A program made the position numbers and the translations under genes. From positions 32,001-96,000 of the forward strand of contig JAVLKG010000011.1 of the NCBI GenBank assembly GCA_032128875.1: a stretch of DNA of 64,000 nt, read 5' to 3'. Under the pieces are notes generated by a model, which was not told where the DNA came from, made no database searches, and was given only the letters and a program-made list of their open reading frames with translations. This stretch comes from Candidatus Melainabacteria bacterium 17Bon1m (GTDB lineage Bacteria > Cyanobacteriota > Vampirovibrionia > Obscuribacterales > Obscuribacteraceae). How positions within the stretch are numbered: position 1 is the first letter of the stretch; the number at the start of each line of letters is the position of its first letter. Of this stretch, positions 19,570-29,734 are shown piece after piece.

Positions 19570-20091
19570 TTAGTTCTTCTTCCAGAACTGCCAGAAATGT
19601 TTACCCTTCGCCTTCGGCTCTTCCTGAGCTTCTTGTCTGTCCAAATCGCTAGGCAGTTCTACTTGGACTTTGGTTTTTGCGTGGAATGCAACATTCGTGT
19701 CCGCGTGCTGCGCGCCAAGACTGTCGGCATTTATCACCAAATGGTAATTGCCCGGCATGAGCTGAAACTTTGGCGTGTGGAAAGTAGCTTCCGAGCCTTT
19801 ATTGTCGAAAACCTTGACCGTGATTGTGCTGTACGGTCGACTGGTCTGAACCTCAACATCGCCTACATAGAAATTAGCTGCAGTCCAACAAAAGAAAGTC
19901 CCGATGGCGCCAACAATTGGTAGACCGGTCACCAGGATGGTCAAAATGTCCTTTGTGCGCGCGGCGCTGCTTGGACCAGCCGTCACAATGATTTTGTCTT
20001 CCGGCTCCCAAACCTTCTCTCCTTTGAGAGCTGGCTGCGCCTGGGTTGCTTTTGTTTGGGATGGCTTGGATTCTGTAGTCTGTGGGCTCAT
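19570..20091 (-). CDS. Membrane-anchored hypothetical protein (possible PEGA-like beta domain)
   Basis: One hydrophobic segment followed by a beta-rich region (LMPGNYHLVI); co-oriented with hemL. Confidence 0.6.
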   Translation of the reverse strand: MSPQTTESKPSQTKATQAQPALKGEKVWEPEDKIIVTAGPSSAARTKDILTILVTGLPIVGAIGTFFCWTAANFYVGDVEVQTSRPYSTITVKVFDNKGSEATFHTPKFQLMPGNYHLVINADSLGAQHADTNVAFHAKTKVQVELPSDLDRQEAQEEPKAKGKHFWQFWKKN

Positions 20092-20331
20092 AAACTAGCC
20101 GTATAGGTGGGGGACGTCTCTTCTGAATAGATTTCAGCTGAATGGTTACAACCGAATAGCTTTAACCGAGTAGTTTCAACTGAAGAGTGTCTATAATTAG
20201 AGTGTTGTCAATAGCGCCGGTGGCTGCCAAGCATAATAACAACATCGAGGCTTCCGATCCTGAATGTTCGTATTTTCTAAGACCGGTCTTTACATGAAAT
20301 GGCTTGGTTGAGCAGAATTTAAAAAACGCTG

Positions 20332-21894
20332 TTATTCAAGATCTTTCGGCTCTTCGTACAGTTTCGTCATTTGCTCGTATTTTTTCTGGTCGGCATCTGC
20401 TGCTGATTTGTTGCCCATTTTTCTGTAGCACTCAGCTCTGAATCTATAGGCTTCTCGAAAGCGCGGACCAATTTTTAAAGCGCGATTCGCATCTGCAAAT
20501 GCTTCCTTGGTTTTGCCCAGTGCCAAATAGTTTCGCCCCCGCCCTACATAATTTTTGATTGCTTTCGGGTCGCCCTTAATAAGTATGTTGTAGTCCGGAA
20601 TTGCATCTTTGTACCTGCCGAGCTTTTCGTAACTCTTTGCTCGCGTTTCGTAAAATCGCGGCAACGGACCGAGCGGAATCACCTTGTCGAAGTCGGCAAT
20701 TGCTTCTTTGTATTTTCCCAGTGCGTAGTATGAAAGGCTACGCGGCCAGAGAATACTGAAGGAAACGCCCAAGACCTTTTCTGCTTTTACTCCGTACTCA
20801 ACCGCATTTGTATATTGCCCGATGTTGAAATAGACATTTGTCAGTTGAGTGTAAACGGTGCCATCGCCGGCGCCGATTGCTAAGGCTCTTTCCAATTCGG
20901 GAAGCGCAAAGATATGTTGATCCGCTCGATCGTGTGCAGCTGCACGAGTCAGGAGCATCTCGCGACTCAAACACTCTGGGTGTTTTGCCTTGTCGAGGCG
21001 CTCCCTCATTGAGCTTATCAATGAGTCTGCCCCTGCTCTTTCGTCGCTCACTCTAATCGCATGCGTCGCTCGTGAGATTGAGACGCCCATTGCGCCCACG
21101 TTGTGCATAAGATAAGACAGTTTGAGCTCGGCGAGCGCGTCATCCGGAAAGCGCGAAACTTCTCCTTGCAGAGTTTCGATCGCCGCTTTGATGTCGTATC
21201 CAGCCTGCACGCGAGAGAGAAAGAAATAGACTTCAGGAACTTTCGTAGACTTGATTATGGTCCTATACATTTCGGCAGCTTGGCGCGGGTTTTTCGCTGC
21301 CGTGTCCTCTGCAATATGTACAGCGTCCGATTCACGCTGATTGGATAGCCCAGCCGCCATGTAGACAAACATTATGTGGTCGGGTGATGAGACGATTGTT
21401 TCTATAGTGTCGGAAAGCGTGTGCGTTTTGAGGTAGTTGAGCCACTTCTTTTCACTGTCGGGATCGACCGATGGACGATTCAACAGGGTTTTATACATGA
21501 GCGCTATTTTGTCCTTTTGCGAAAGACCGGCAAAGCGTTTGCGAAATTCGGGCAAGCGCGTCAAGCCGTCATACAAGTCCGTGACGGCGAAGGGCGAAAA
21601 CTTGCCAAGTCGCGCATTCCAGTACTGCTGCTCTTGCGGGGTCGCCTTCCTGTTTAGAATCAAAGAGTAGGCATTGCTGATGATTTCTGCTGGGCTCTTT
21701 GGTTTTGTCGCTTGCTGCTGCGCTGGCTGCGCGTGAGCAGGTTGTGCGCCCGCGGGTTGTGCATATCCGAACTGAGTATACAGAGGCAACGCAACAATGC
21801 AGGCTTGGCACATTTGAGCAACGGTCAAAATTTTGCACGCGAAAACCTTCGCGCGCTGTGGGTTTTGACCGCTATTGCTCAATGACTGCTTCAA
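20332..21894 (-). CDS. Secreted TPR-repeat protein with N-terminal DUF4214/phycobilisome-linker-like region
   Basis: AYSLILNRKA and MYKTLLNRPS helical motifs, followed by multiple TPRs (LGKYKEAIADFDK). Confidence 0.75.
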   Translation of the reverse strand: MKQSLSNSGQNPQRAKVFACKILTVAQMCQACIVALPLYTQFGYAQPAGAQPAHAQPAQQQATKPKSPAEIISNAYSLILNRKATPQEQQYWNARLGKFSPFAVTDLYDGLTRLPEFRKRFAGLSQKDKIALMYKTLLNRPSVDPDSEKKWLNYLKTHTLSDTIETIVSSPDHIMFVYMAAGLSNQRESDAVHIAEDTAAKNPRQAAEMYRTIIKSTKVPEVYFFLSRVQAGYDIKAAIETLQGEVSRFPDDALAELKLSYLMHNVGAMGVSISRATHAIRVSDERAGADSLISSMRERLDKAKHPECLSREMLLTRAAAHDRADQHIFALPELERALAIGAGDGTVYTQLTNVYFNIGQYTNAVEYGVKAEKVLGVSFSILWPRSLSYYALGKYKEAIADFDKVIPLGPLPRFYETRAKSYEKLGRYKDAIPDYNILIKGDPKAIKNYVGRGRNYLALGKTKEAFADANRALKIGPRFREAYRFRAECYRKMGNKSAADADQKKYEQMTKLYEEPKDLE

Positions 21895-24379
21895 CGTTGT
21901 AAGCGCCCTTTTTCAATCTTTGAACACCCACGACAACCGAGTTGTTTATGCCACCAGGAGTGGTGACTAGCATCTCGTTGCCTCGTTGGATGCGCAAAAC
22001 ATCCGGAGTATTATTCGTCAATCGAACATTCACTTTACTGCTAGTGCCCAACACTTTGACCACCAACTTCGAGAGGTTCTCTCTGCCTGCTTCTCTCGGG
22101 TCTTGCTGCACTTCGGCTGCAATCACGTCGACAGTAGCGGAATTACTGCGCATACCGGCGGTTCCCACGCAGAATGAATGATTGCCTGGTCTTACTCCGG
22201 CTGGCAGGATTGCTTTCAGCTGTACCGGAGAAGCGGCAATGATGCGTGCTTCCTGCAATCCGTCGATTAGAATGCGATTGTGGTCTGCATGACCATCGAA
22301 ATTGTGACCTTCGACAACGAGCATGGCACGGGGCGCGACCATCGAGCTAATTCGTTCGATCTTCGGAGCTTGCTGCTCATAAGAGGTCGTGAGAGGTTGC
22401 AGAATGTCAACGAGATTTGCGCCCAGCTCAGGTCTTGACGCGAGACAAACATTCAGCGAACGTCCCGGAGTTGCATCCTCAGGAACCATATATAGTGCCT
22501 GTCCTCGACTATCTGTTGCCAAAGCTGCACCGTTAAAACTCAGTTCGACAGATGGCTCACCATTTTTGTCTTTATCAATAATGGATGTTGTTAAAAACTG
22601 TCCTGCAATCGCTTTTTCCGGTGCGACGATTGTTGCGGCCAAACTTGCTTGACGTGAATTTGGACCGTTTGCCGGGCTTTCCCAAACCGATTGATTGGAC
22701 GAGGGAACAGAACTGGTTTGACCAGGCAGACGACTCGTTTCTGTGCGACCGGAATAGGTTGCGGAACTCGCAGAATTTGGATAACTCGACGAACTGCGCG
22801 TTGTCATCGCCACTTGGTCGGCTGGCGAACTCCATGCGTTCCTGTCAACTTCAGGCGCGTCTGACTTTGTGCGACCCGCAGATACCGGATTAATCGCACC
22901 TTTGTCCACGTACTCTTTTACTGCCGATTCGGTCTTGGCGATGCTGGGCTTTGCTTCGGTTTTTACATCTACAGCTTTTGCGTCGCCATTTTTTGCATCA
23001 CCGGTTTTCGCATCGGCCAACTTTCTATCCGATTTTGCATCGCCGTTTTTGCCGCCCGCAGCTTTGCCATTACCTGCTTTTGCTTCTGACACTTTTGTGT
23101 CGCCGGTTTTCTCATCACCTTTTGCGTCAGCCTTTTCATCGCCTTTCGCGTCAGAGTCGGAAGAATCGTCAGAGTCCTCCGCGTCGCCTTTCAGCGTCTC
23201 GTCCTTTGTCAGGGATCTGTTTGTTGACTCTTTAAGTACTTTCGCTGTTGCTTCGGCAATCGCTTGCGCCGTTAATTGAGCGCGCTCATCGCTCGCCTTC
23301 TTCTCATCTTCAGCCTTCTGCGCGAGCAGTTGCTTTTGACGAATTTCGTAAGCGCTAAGGTCTCTTTTGTATGCGACGACGCGATCAGTTACGAGAATCG
23401 GCAGCGCCGCTAGAGACTTTTTTTTTACGTTTTCCTCACCGGTTGGCGCGGCTTCTGCGCTGCTTTCGCTCAAACAATCCGAATCGATTGTGGCAGTCGC
23501 TAATTGACCAAGCCAGAAGTTGACGTTGGATTGTGTCTGGATATCAAAGCCGGCTTCGATTGGTGAGCGCCCTGTGATTACGACCACAAAGTTGCCTATC
23601 TTCTTGCCGTTCGGAGCAGTCTTGTCTTTGCATTTTCCAGCGATGGTCAAATTGAGAAGACCATTGACGCGCTTTGCCCAAACAGCGGTCAACGAGCCGG
23701 TTCCATCACCGAAATTGACTTCGCCTGATGCCCAGGATTCGGGGGATAGAGTTTTTGCAAACTGGCGCTCTTCGTCAGCAGAAATAATGCGATTGAATGT
23801 AAGTTCGGAATTGTCCAGAGCGCGCGACAAGATGATTTGAGCTTGTGCGATCACTGCTTGGTGATTGGAATCTTCTGTAAGTTTTTGAACTTGCTCTGGG
23901 TCTTTGAGCGCTTTGGAAAGGTCTTTGAGAACACTGATAAGAGACGCATCGGGCGCATATGCCGGAGCCTTCTCCTCAGCCACTTCGCTCTTTTCTTCAG
24001 CTCTCTCGGCTGCCGCTTCTACTTTTGCGGGTGATTCGGCTTTCGCTTCGGCGGCAGGTTTGTCAGTCTTTTTGGCTGCCGTTGCATCTTTCGATTCCAC
24101 GGCTTCTTTGCCTTTCTTCTTGTCGTTTTTCGTTTCCTTCACGACTGCCGGAGCGGCCTTGTCAGTCTTTGTGTCGGCAGCAGGAGCTTTGTCGGCAGGC
24201 TTCTTCTTCGCATCCGCGTTTTTGTCAGTTTCTTTTCTAAAGAAAGGCAGTGCCGCTATCTGCACTTTGCCAGAGCGCAACGCTTTCGCCTTCGCGTCGG
24301 CGGGCTGATATGCCGAAATCAATGACACCGAAATTGCCAAACAAACAGAAAGCGCAGTTTTGCTTTTACTTGTAATCAC
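21872..24379 (-). CDS. Large secreted hypothetical protein with low-complexity linkers and a C-terminal IPT/TIG-like domain
   Basis: Signal peptide; K/A/D-rich repeats (DAKGDEK); PKIERIS...VEGHNF...ASPVQL pattern. Confidence 0.7.
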   Translation of the reverse strand: MITSKSKTALSVCLAISVSLISAYQPADAKAKALRSGKVQIAALPFFRKETDKNADAKKKPADKAPAADTKTDKAAPAVVKETKNDKKKGKEAVESKDATAAKKTDKPAAEAKAESPAKVEAAAERAEEKSEVAEEKAPAYAPDASLISVLKDLSKALKDPEQVQKLTEDSNHQAVIAQAQIILSRALDNSELTFNRIISADEERQFAKTLSPESWASGEVNFGDGTGSLTAVWAKRVNGLLNLTIAGKCKDKTAPNGKKIGNFVVVITGRSPIEAGFDIQTQSNVNFWLGQLATATIDSDCLSESSAEAAPTGEENVKKKSLAALPILVTDRVVAYKRDLSAYEIRQKQLLAQKAEDEKKASDERAQLTAQAIAEATAKVLKESTNRSLTKDETLKGDAEDSDDSSDSDAKGDEKADAKGDEKTGDTKVSEAKAGNGKAAGGKNGDAKSDRKLADAKTGDAKNGDAKAVDVKTEAKPSIAKTESAVKEYVDKGAINPVSAGRTKSDAPEVDRNAWSSPADQVAMTTRSSSSYPNSASSATYSGRTETSRLPGQTSSVPSSNQSVWESPANGPNSRQASLAATIVAPEKAIAGQFLTTSIIDKDKNGEPSVELSFNGAALATDSRGQALYMVPEDATPGRSLNVCLASRPELGANLVDILQPLTTSYEQQAPKIERISSMVAPRAMLVVEGHNFDGHADHNRILIDGLQEARIIAASPVQLKAILPAGVRPGNHSFCVGTAGMRSNSATVDVIAAEVQQDPREAGRENLSKLVVKVLGTSSKVNVRLTNNTPDVLRIQRGNEMLVTTPGGINNSVVVGVQRLKKGAYNVEAVIEQ

Positions 24380-24398
24380 GCTGATTTTGCCCCTTTAT

Positions 24399-26336
24399 CT
24401 AACGTCCGAAGATGTCTTCGTAAACTCCCAAAGTTTCGCCAGGTGTCAATCCGTATCCGACGTAATGTCCATCTAGCCAGATTTCGAAGTGCAAGTGCGG
24501 GTATTTCGCTCGGCCGGGCAGGTTTTGCCCTGTACCAGAAACACCAATGAACCCGACTATCTCTCCCCTGTTGACGAACGTGTCCTTTTTGAGTTTGGCA
24601 TTGATTCTATCTAAATGCGCATACCGCGTCACCATCCGGTTGCCATGATCAATCCATACCTGGCAGCCTCTGAAGAGGTCTTCATTCTGGTCCGAAGTCG
24701 TGTGATCCCTTGCGCACTGGCTCATTACGCGGTTGAAAGTGGGTGCGTCCATGTCTTTAAAACCATGGTCGATGCGAATAATTTTTCCGCGATCGGCAGC
24801 GATTGCCGGGGTACCCATTACAACCTTGTTGCCGCCCCCGTTAAAGAAGTCAACACCTGCGTGGATGCCGTAGCGGTAAAGGCGGCGTGCTCCCGGGAAC
24901 ACACCCAAGTGCGAAGGCAATTGGCCCTTTGGTACGGGAATTCCGATGCCGTCCAGGCGTGCGTCGAACGTACGTGTGTGTATTTCTGCGCTTGGTGCGT
25001 CACCCGAATCAAGCTTGCGGGTTACGAGACGATCTCCATTTACAACTACGAAGCCGTCTTTTATAGGCGCAAGACCCCTCAAATCACTTCCGGCTGGGAA
25101 AACATAATGAGCCGTTTGCCCGGTCTTTTTGTCTATAGAAAGAACTCGATTGTTTTCGCGCTCAACGATAAAGAGCGGTGATTGAGCATCTGTAATTATT
25201 CTCGATGGTCTCAAGCGCGCCTTGCCTGGTGCGCGATAGCCAAACTTCAACTGTTTAACGTTGGCTCTGGAGTTGCCACTAAATTTGGTGACTCCCCCAT
25301 TCTTGCGCAAGAGATATGTAAGGCCGTCGTAGGCAATGCCGATGCCGTCTCCGACGTAGTAATCGCCGCGCCTCACTTGCCACGGCATTACTTCTCTAAA
25401 GTAAGGCGTCAAGTATTTAGAGTTGGGTGGACAAACCCAAATATCGTTGCGCTCAGGGTCTATGAGAATAATGTCTTTGCCGTTAAAGGCAAGATCAACG
25501 TAATCGGGATCTGGAGAACCAGTCAACCAGAGGTTTGCACGATATTGATGCCAGGCGCCTGTTTGAGTGAAATACTCAAATAAGTCGCCTGCTTTGGAAA
25601 GAATAACCAGCGACTTTCTTGGCGGCACGGAAATCATATTATTGAATTCCTGCACCGGAATTTTTTCAATCTTAGCCGGCGGATGGCACGCTTTGAGAAA
25701 CGGCTTTCGCGGCTGACCAGCAGTTGGTTGCGTCCATTCTAGCGACCACAAATGTTTCGGTCCCAGAAAATAGAATTTTCCGTCTTGTGATACCACCCCT
25801 GATGGCGCGACCGGAGCACCGGTTTCGTCAAGCAATGGGATGAAAGTTCCCTTTTCTTTTTCCGGCGTTTTCACCGCTTGAACAGGGCGGGCAACAGCAT
25901 TTTGGTTTTGATTTCCGGCGCTAGGTGCGATTGTCGAATGCGGTTGAACTAGCGCCGGCGGAGCTGCTGCAGGGCGCGAAGGAGCCGAATGCATCGGTGT
26001 GATCGGCAGCTGGCGAATCGCTGGGTGTGGCTGCAAAATTACACTAGGTGGCAGCCCATGCAGTTGCGTATTGTGTCCGTCGATTGCTGATGCCTCGGCG
26101 CTCTCTCGCTTGCCGTGTAGTCCGCGAACAGCGTCTTGGGTCGCCGCGGTTTTCACCGGTCTGGAATTTCCTTGCGCCAGCACAAAAGCGTTTGTGGAGG
26201 CTGTTTCTCTGCCCGAAACAGACAGCGTTCTGCAGAATACAAATCCGACGACAAGCAGCGCTACTCCGGCGACAAACGGGACACGGCTCCGTCTTGATTC
26301 CAGAACCTCGGCACGTTTGTTTTTTTCAATCATCAT
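24399..26336 (-). CDS. M23 family metallopeptidase with N-terminal beta-propeller-like region
   Basis: HAGVD, TRYAHL, GVSG...HLHFEI motifs; N-terminal TM anchor. Confidence 0.88.
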   Translation of the reverse strand: MMIEKNKRAEVLESRRSRVPFVAGVALLVVGFVFCRTLSVSGRETASTNAFVLAQGNSRPVKTAATQDAVRGLHGKRESAEASAIDGHNTQLHGLPPSVILQPHPAIRQLPITPMHSAPSRPAAAPPALVQPHSTIAPSAGNQNQNAVARPVQAVKTPEKEKGTFIPLLDETGAPVAPSGVVSQDGKFYFLGPKHLWSLEWTQPTAGQPRKPFLKACHPPAKIEKIPVQEFNNMISVPPRKSLVILSKAGDLFEYFTQTGAWHQYRANLWLTGSPDPDYVDLAFNGKDIILIDPERNDIWVCPPNSKYLTPYFREVMPWQVRRGDYYVGDGIGIAYDGLTYLLRKNGGVTKFSGNSRANVKQLKFGYRAPGKARLRPSRIITDAQSPLFIVERENNRVLSIDKKTGQTAHYVFPAGSDLRGLAPIKDGFVVVNGDRLVTRKLDSGDAPSAEIHTRTFDARLDGIGIPVPKGQLPSHLGVFPGARRLYRYGIHAGVDFFNGGGNKVVMGTPAIAADRGKIIRIDHGFKDMDAPTFNRVMSQCARDHTTSDQNEDLFRGCQVWIDHGNRMVTRYAHLDRINAKLKKDTFVNRGEIVGFIGVSGTGQNLPGRAKYPHLHFEIWLDGHYVGYGLTPGETLGVYEDIFGR

Positions 26337-26371
26337 TGACCAAAAATGGAGAATTACGGTCGCTTACTTGC

Positions 26372-27739
26372 TTATCTTGTTGGCGTGTTAATCACGACTG
26401 AATCGCTGATAAACCATTTGCCGTCAATCTTTTCAATCGTGTAATTGACGTTGTAGGTATCTTCCGCGTCCTTCAGTGACTTATTTGTTGTGTCATCCAT
26501 GAAGCGACGAAACTCTTTTACTTGTGCAAAACACGCGTATTTTTTGCCAGGCACCAAGTCCTGAACCTTGTTCACGACGACGCCGCGCGAAGTCATATCA
26601 TAGTATTTGTGCGTCTTCATCAAATAATTGATGGCGCCAGTTTGCTTTTCCAGAGCCTTGCCGGTAAGAACATCAGAGAGCTCGGATGTGACACGATTTC
26701 TCACCGCGGTCTTCTTAATCGACTGCCACGTTTTGAGCAATTCAGTGAAAGTGTTCTTCAACGCGTCGGATTGATTTGTGGTAGCTGCGGGCGGGGTTTT
26801 AACCGCTGCAACAGGCGGCTTAACTGGTGGTCGTACGGTTGGAGGCGGTGTAGTCGCTACTTTGACCGGCGGACGTTCTACTACTTCGTCAGGAGTGGTA
26901 TCCACCGGTGTGTCTAACGCTGAAGTGGATTTGATTGAATCAGAACTCGCATCGCGGCTTGAAACTTTGATGACGAGCGCGATTTTCTCTTTCTTGTCTT
27001 GAGGCAAAGAAGAGAGATCTTCTTCTGTCGGCGCAGCGATCGAAACTTGATATTTGCCGGCAGGCAGCGAAAGTGGCTTTGGATCTTCCTTCACAACTTC
27101 AGCTTTGGACTTCTCCAGAGCTTTGTTGAAGTCTGAAATCTTGCCGGGTTTTACTCCTAACGCTTCCAAGAAGTAGTCGGCGGTCATCTCGATGTTGATG
27201 AAATTGCTTGCCGGATTAGGCTGTTTGACCAAACACAGCTCTGCTTCCGTGACCTTTTGATTGTCGACTGTGAGAAGCAAGTGATTGTCTTGGGCATCTT
27301 TCATTTCGTTTGCAGTACGGATGGCGCTGAAAGGTCCGATGCCCGGCCACGCTCCTGACTTGACGAAGTCACTGCCTTTAAATGTCTCTACCGTGCAAAG
27401 CGGCGCCGAACCTGTCGATGATGGACTGGGAGCAGCAGCTTCCTTCTCTTCCGAAGTGGTGGAAAAATCAGGTTTTGAACTTGTCGATTCAGTGGCACCA
27501 CCTGTGGTGACCTTGAAATTGGGAGAAGTATCGATGCTCGTCGGCTGTTTTACCTTTGGGCGGGATGCAGGAGCATCTTGCTTTGCCGGCTGGCTCTTGG
27601 ACGAATCTTGTCCTTCGCTCCAAAGCGCATCGAGCGAACTGTCGTCTTGCTGTGCGAGTGCCGGTGCCGATAATGCCAGAAGCATTTGAGCAATCAACAC
27701 CGAACGCATGGCTGGTCTTTTCATATTCTCTCTCGTCAA
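26372..27739 (-). CDS. Secreted protein with C-terminal ARC6/Ftn2 IMS (DUF4101)-like domain
   Basis: LLKTWQSIK...LSDVLTGKAL...AQVKE...YNVNYTIEKIDGKWFI resembles the ARC6 IMS domain; signal peptide. Confidence 0.65.
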   Translation of the reverse strand: MTRENMKRPAMRSVLIAQMLLALSAPALAQQDDSSLDALWSEGQDSSKSQPAKQDAPASRPKVKQPTSIDTSPNFKVTTGGATESTSSKPDFSTTSEEKEAAAPSPSSTGSAPLCTVETFKGSDFVKSGAWPGIGPFSAIRTANEMKDAQDNHLLLTVDNQKVTEAELCLVKQPNPASNFINIEMTADYFLEALGVKPGKISDFNKALEKSKAEVVKEDPKPLSLPAGKYQVSIAAPTEEDLSSLPQDKKEKIALVIKVSSRDASSDSIKSTSALDTPVDTTPDEVVERPPVKVATTPPPTVRPPVKPPVAAVKTPPAATTNQSDALKNTFTELLKTWQSIKKTAVRNRVTSELSDVLTGKALEKQTGAINYLMKTHKYYDMTSRGVVVNKVQDLVPGKKYACFAQVKEFRRFMDDTTNKSLKDAEDTYNVNYTIEKIDGKWFISDSVVINTPTR

Positions 27740-27864
27740 ATTTCAGTATGCATATACCGACAATCGGCTATGAAGTTAGCATATACTGCCAGGCTTAATA
27801 AAGCTCATCCGTCCAATGTAGAGCCATTTTGACGTTTAATACTAGGCAATAAAACGCGCCTATG

Positions 27865-29028
27865 CTAAGCCCTGAGCGCCTCTAGCGCCAGAATACTTGA
27901 ATTTTGCTCAACTTCGTAAGGGACCAGGTGTTCCCCATGACCCAGGCTTGCACCGTGTTTAGCTAGATATGAAAGGCATAGCGCTTCGGTTGCCAAGTGA
28001 ATTAAGGTGGGTTCCACCGAACCAGTTAACAAGACGATATTGGCAGGGTTGCCATCAGCCACGACATAAATCCGTTTTTCAGAGTCCGGACCGGCAGCAT
28101 CATGCAAGTGAAAACGTTGCGTTTTGAGCTCCAAATCGTCCACTTTTGTCGCCAATTTGCGCAGAGCATTCATGTCCAATTCTTCAGGCCAGTGCCCGAC
28201 GTTTAGGAAAATGGCGCCGTCTTTTGCCGCTTGCCAGTGGGTTTCACCGATGATTTGCCGTTTGCCTGTGGCAGTAACTACGACGTCTGCATTTCGCAAA
28301 GAGGTAAGCAAATCGTTGACTGAAAAGCCGTCGAAATGTGCGATCAAGCGTCGCACAGGATCGCTGTCCACAACATTGACGATGCCGCCTTCTTTCCTCA
28401 GGTGATATGCGACCCCTGAGCCTACGGCGCCATAACCGACCACAACTGAATTAAGCCCGGCAAGCGAACGCCCGGTCAGGCGCCGCATAAGGTCGACTAC
28501 GCCATCGCCCACGCCATGGTAGTTTTCAATTCGCGCCTTTAGGAGCCCGCCATTGATGTTGATAACAGGCAGCGACAAGTCTTTGATCATGCGCAGCTTT
28601 TCGATACCACTGGTGGTGATTTCTGATGCCGCAATTACTGATTTCGGACGTTCAGCCTGCGGCATTGAGAGATATTTGTCTATCATTACAAAGCCTGTAT
28701 CCGTGAGCAATTGCGGGGATTCTGCAAGGACCTTTTCGGCAGATGACTCGCCGACAAAGACCTGAGCACCGAGCGCTCTTATTGCATTAACGGCATCATC
28801 ATCCGTGGTGGCAGGATTTACTTCGCTAAGAAATAGCTGTGCTCCGCCTTCGACCAGTGCTTCTGCCGTAAGCAGCGTCAATTGCGTAAGATGGCAATGC
28901 CAGCCAATCTTGACGCCATTGAGGGTTCCATTCTGCTTGAGATGCTTTCCCAATTTTTCCATCAATGGAAAGAGTTCCATCAATTCCGGCAATTTTTCGC
29001 TCTTCTCTTTTTCTTTTTGACTCTGCAT
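27865..29028 (-). CDS. ahcY: Adenosylhomocysteinase-like protein (divergent)
   Basis: HLT, EITTSG, KARIENYHG, VGYGAVG, VTATG, NVGH correspond to AHCY motifs, with several substitutions. Confidence 0.75.
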   Translation of the reverse strand: MQSQKEKEKSEKLPELMELFPLMEKLGKHLKQNGTLNGVKIGWHCHLTQLTLLTAEALVEGGAQLFLSEVNPATTDDDAVNAIRALGAQVFVGESSAEKVLAESPQLLTDTGFVMIDKYLSMPQAERPKSVIAASEITTSGIEKLRMIKDLSLPVININGGLLKARIENYHGVGDGVVDLMRRLTGRSLAGLNSVVVGYGAVGSGVAYHLRKEGGIVNVVDSDPVRRLIAHFDGFSVNDLLTSLRNADVVVTATGKRQIIGETHWQAAKDGAIFLNVGHWPEELDMNALRKLATKVDDLELKTQRFHLHDAAGPDSEKRIYVVADGNPANIVLLTGSVEPTLIHLATEALCLSYLAKHGASLGHGEHLVPYEVEQNSSILALEALRA

Positions 29029-29056
29029 GTCGCCGTCCTTTACTTGCCGTTTTGCC

Positions 29057-29686
29057 TCACAGCCCGAGCACTTTCATGCCGGAGCGCCTTAGAAGATCAA
29101 CTGCTCTAGACACAGGCAGACCGATTACGTTGGAATCACTGCCGTCTACTTTGCTTACCAGAAATGCGCCTGTCCCTTGCAATGCATAAGCGCCGGCTTT
29201 GTCCATCGGCTCTTGCGTGTCTACATAAGCCTCGATTTCAGAGAGCTCGAGAGGGCGGAATGTGACGTAGGAAGTCTCCACAGCAGTTATGACGCTCTTC
29301 TTGATGCCGCCATTTTCGCTGGTTTTCTCCGCACAAAAAACAACGACTCCTGTGTGAACCATGTGCGTTTGCCCAGAAAGACTTTCAAGCATCTCAATCG
29401 CTTCTTTTCGGTCGCTCGGCTTGCCCAAGAGCTTTCCTTCGTAAGCAACGAGCGTGTCGGCGGCCAATATAAGGAATGGACCCTCTTCCGTTTCAATTCG
29501 CTTGCGAAGCTTCTCGAGAACGTCCTGCCCCTTTTGTTCGGCGATTGATAGGACAACCTCCTCAGGCGAGAGACCGGGCTGCACAACTTCATCTTTGTCG
29601 CTGGGTACGACCTCGAATTGCAATCCTAGTTTTTTAAGTAGGTCGATTCGTCTTGGCGATTGCGACGCCAGTATCAGTTGGCTCAC
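29057..29686 (-). CDS. maf: Maf family nucleotide pyrophosphatase
   Basis: LILASQSPRR, AADT, GKP, DKAGAYALQG, NVIGLP. Confidence 0.95.
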   Translation of the reverse strand: MSQLILASQSPRRIDLLKKLGLQFEVVPSDKDEVVQPGLSPEEVVLSIAEQKGQDVLEKLRKRIETEEGPFLILAADTLVAYEGKLLGKPSDRKEAIEMLESLSGQTHMVHTGVVVFCAEKTSENGGIKKSVITAVETSYVTFRPLELSEIEAYVDTQEPMDKAGAYALQGTGAFLVSKVDGSDSNVIGLPVSRAVDLLRRSGMKVLGL

Positions 29687-29734
29687 TTGTTTCCTCTGTC
29701 TGTTTTCAACAAATTCAAATTATATTGACGCTAC

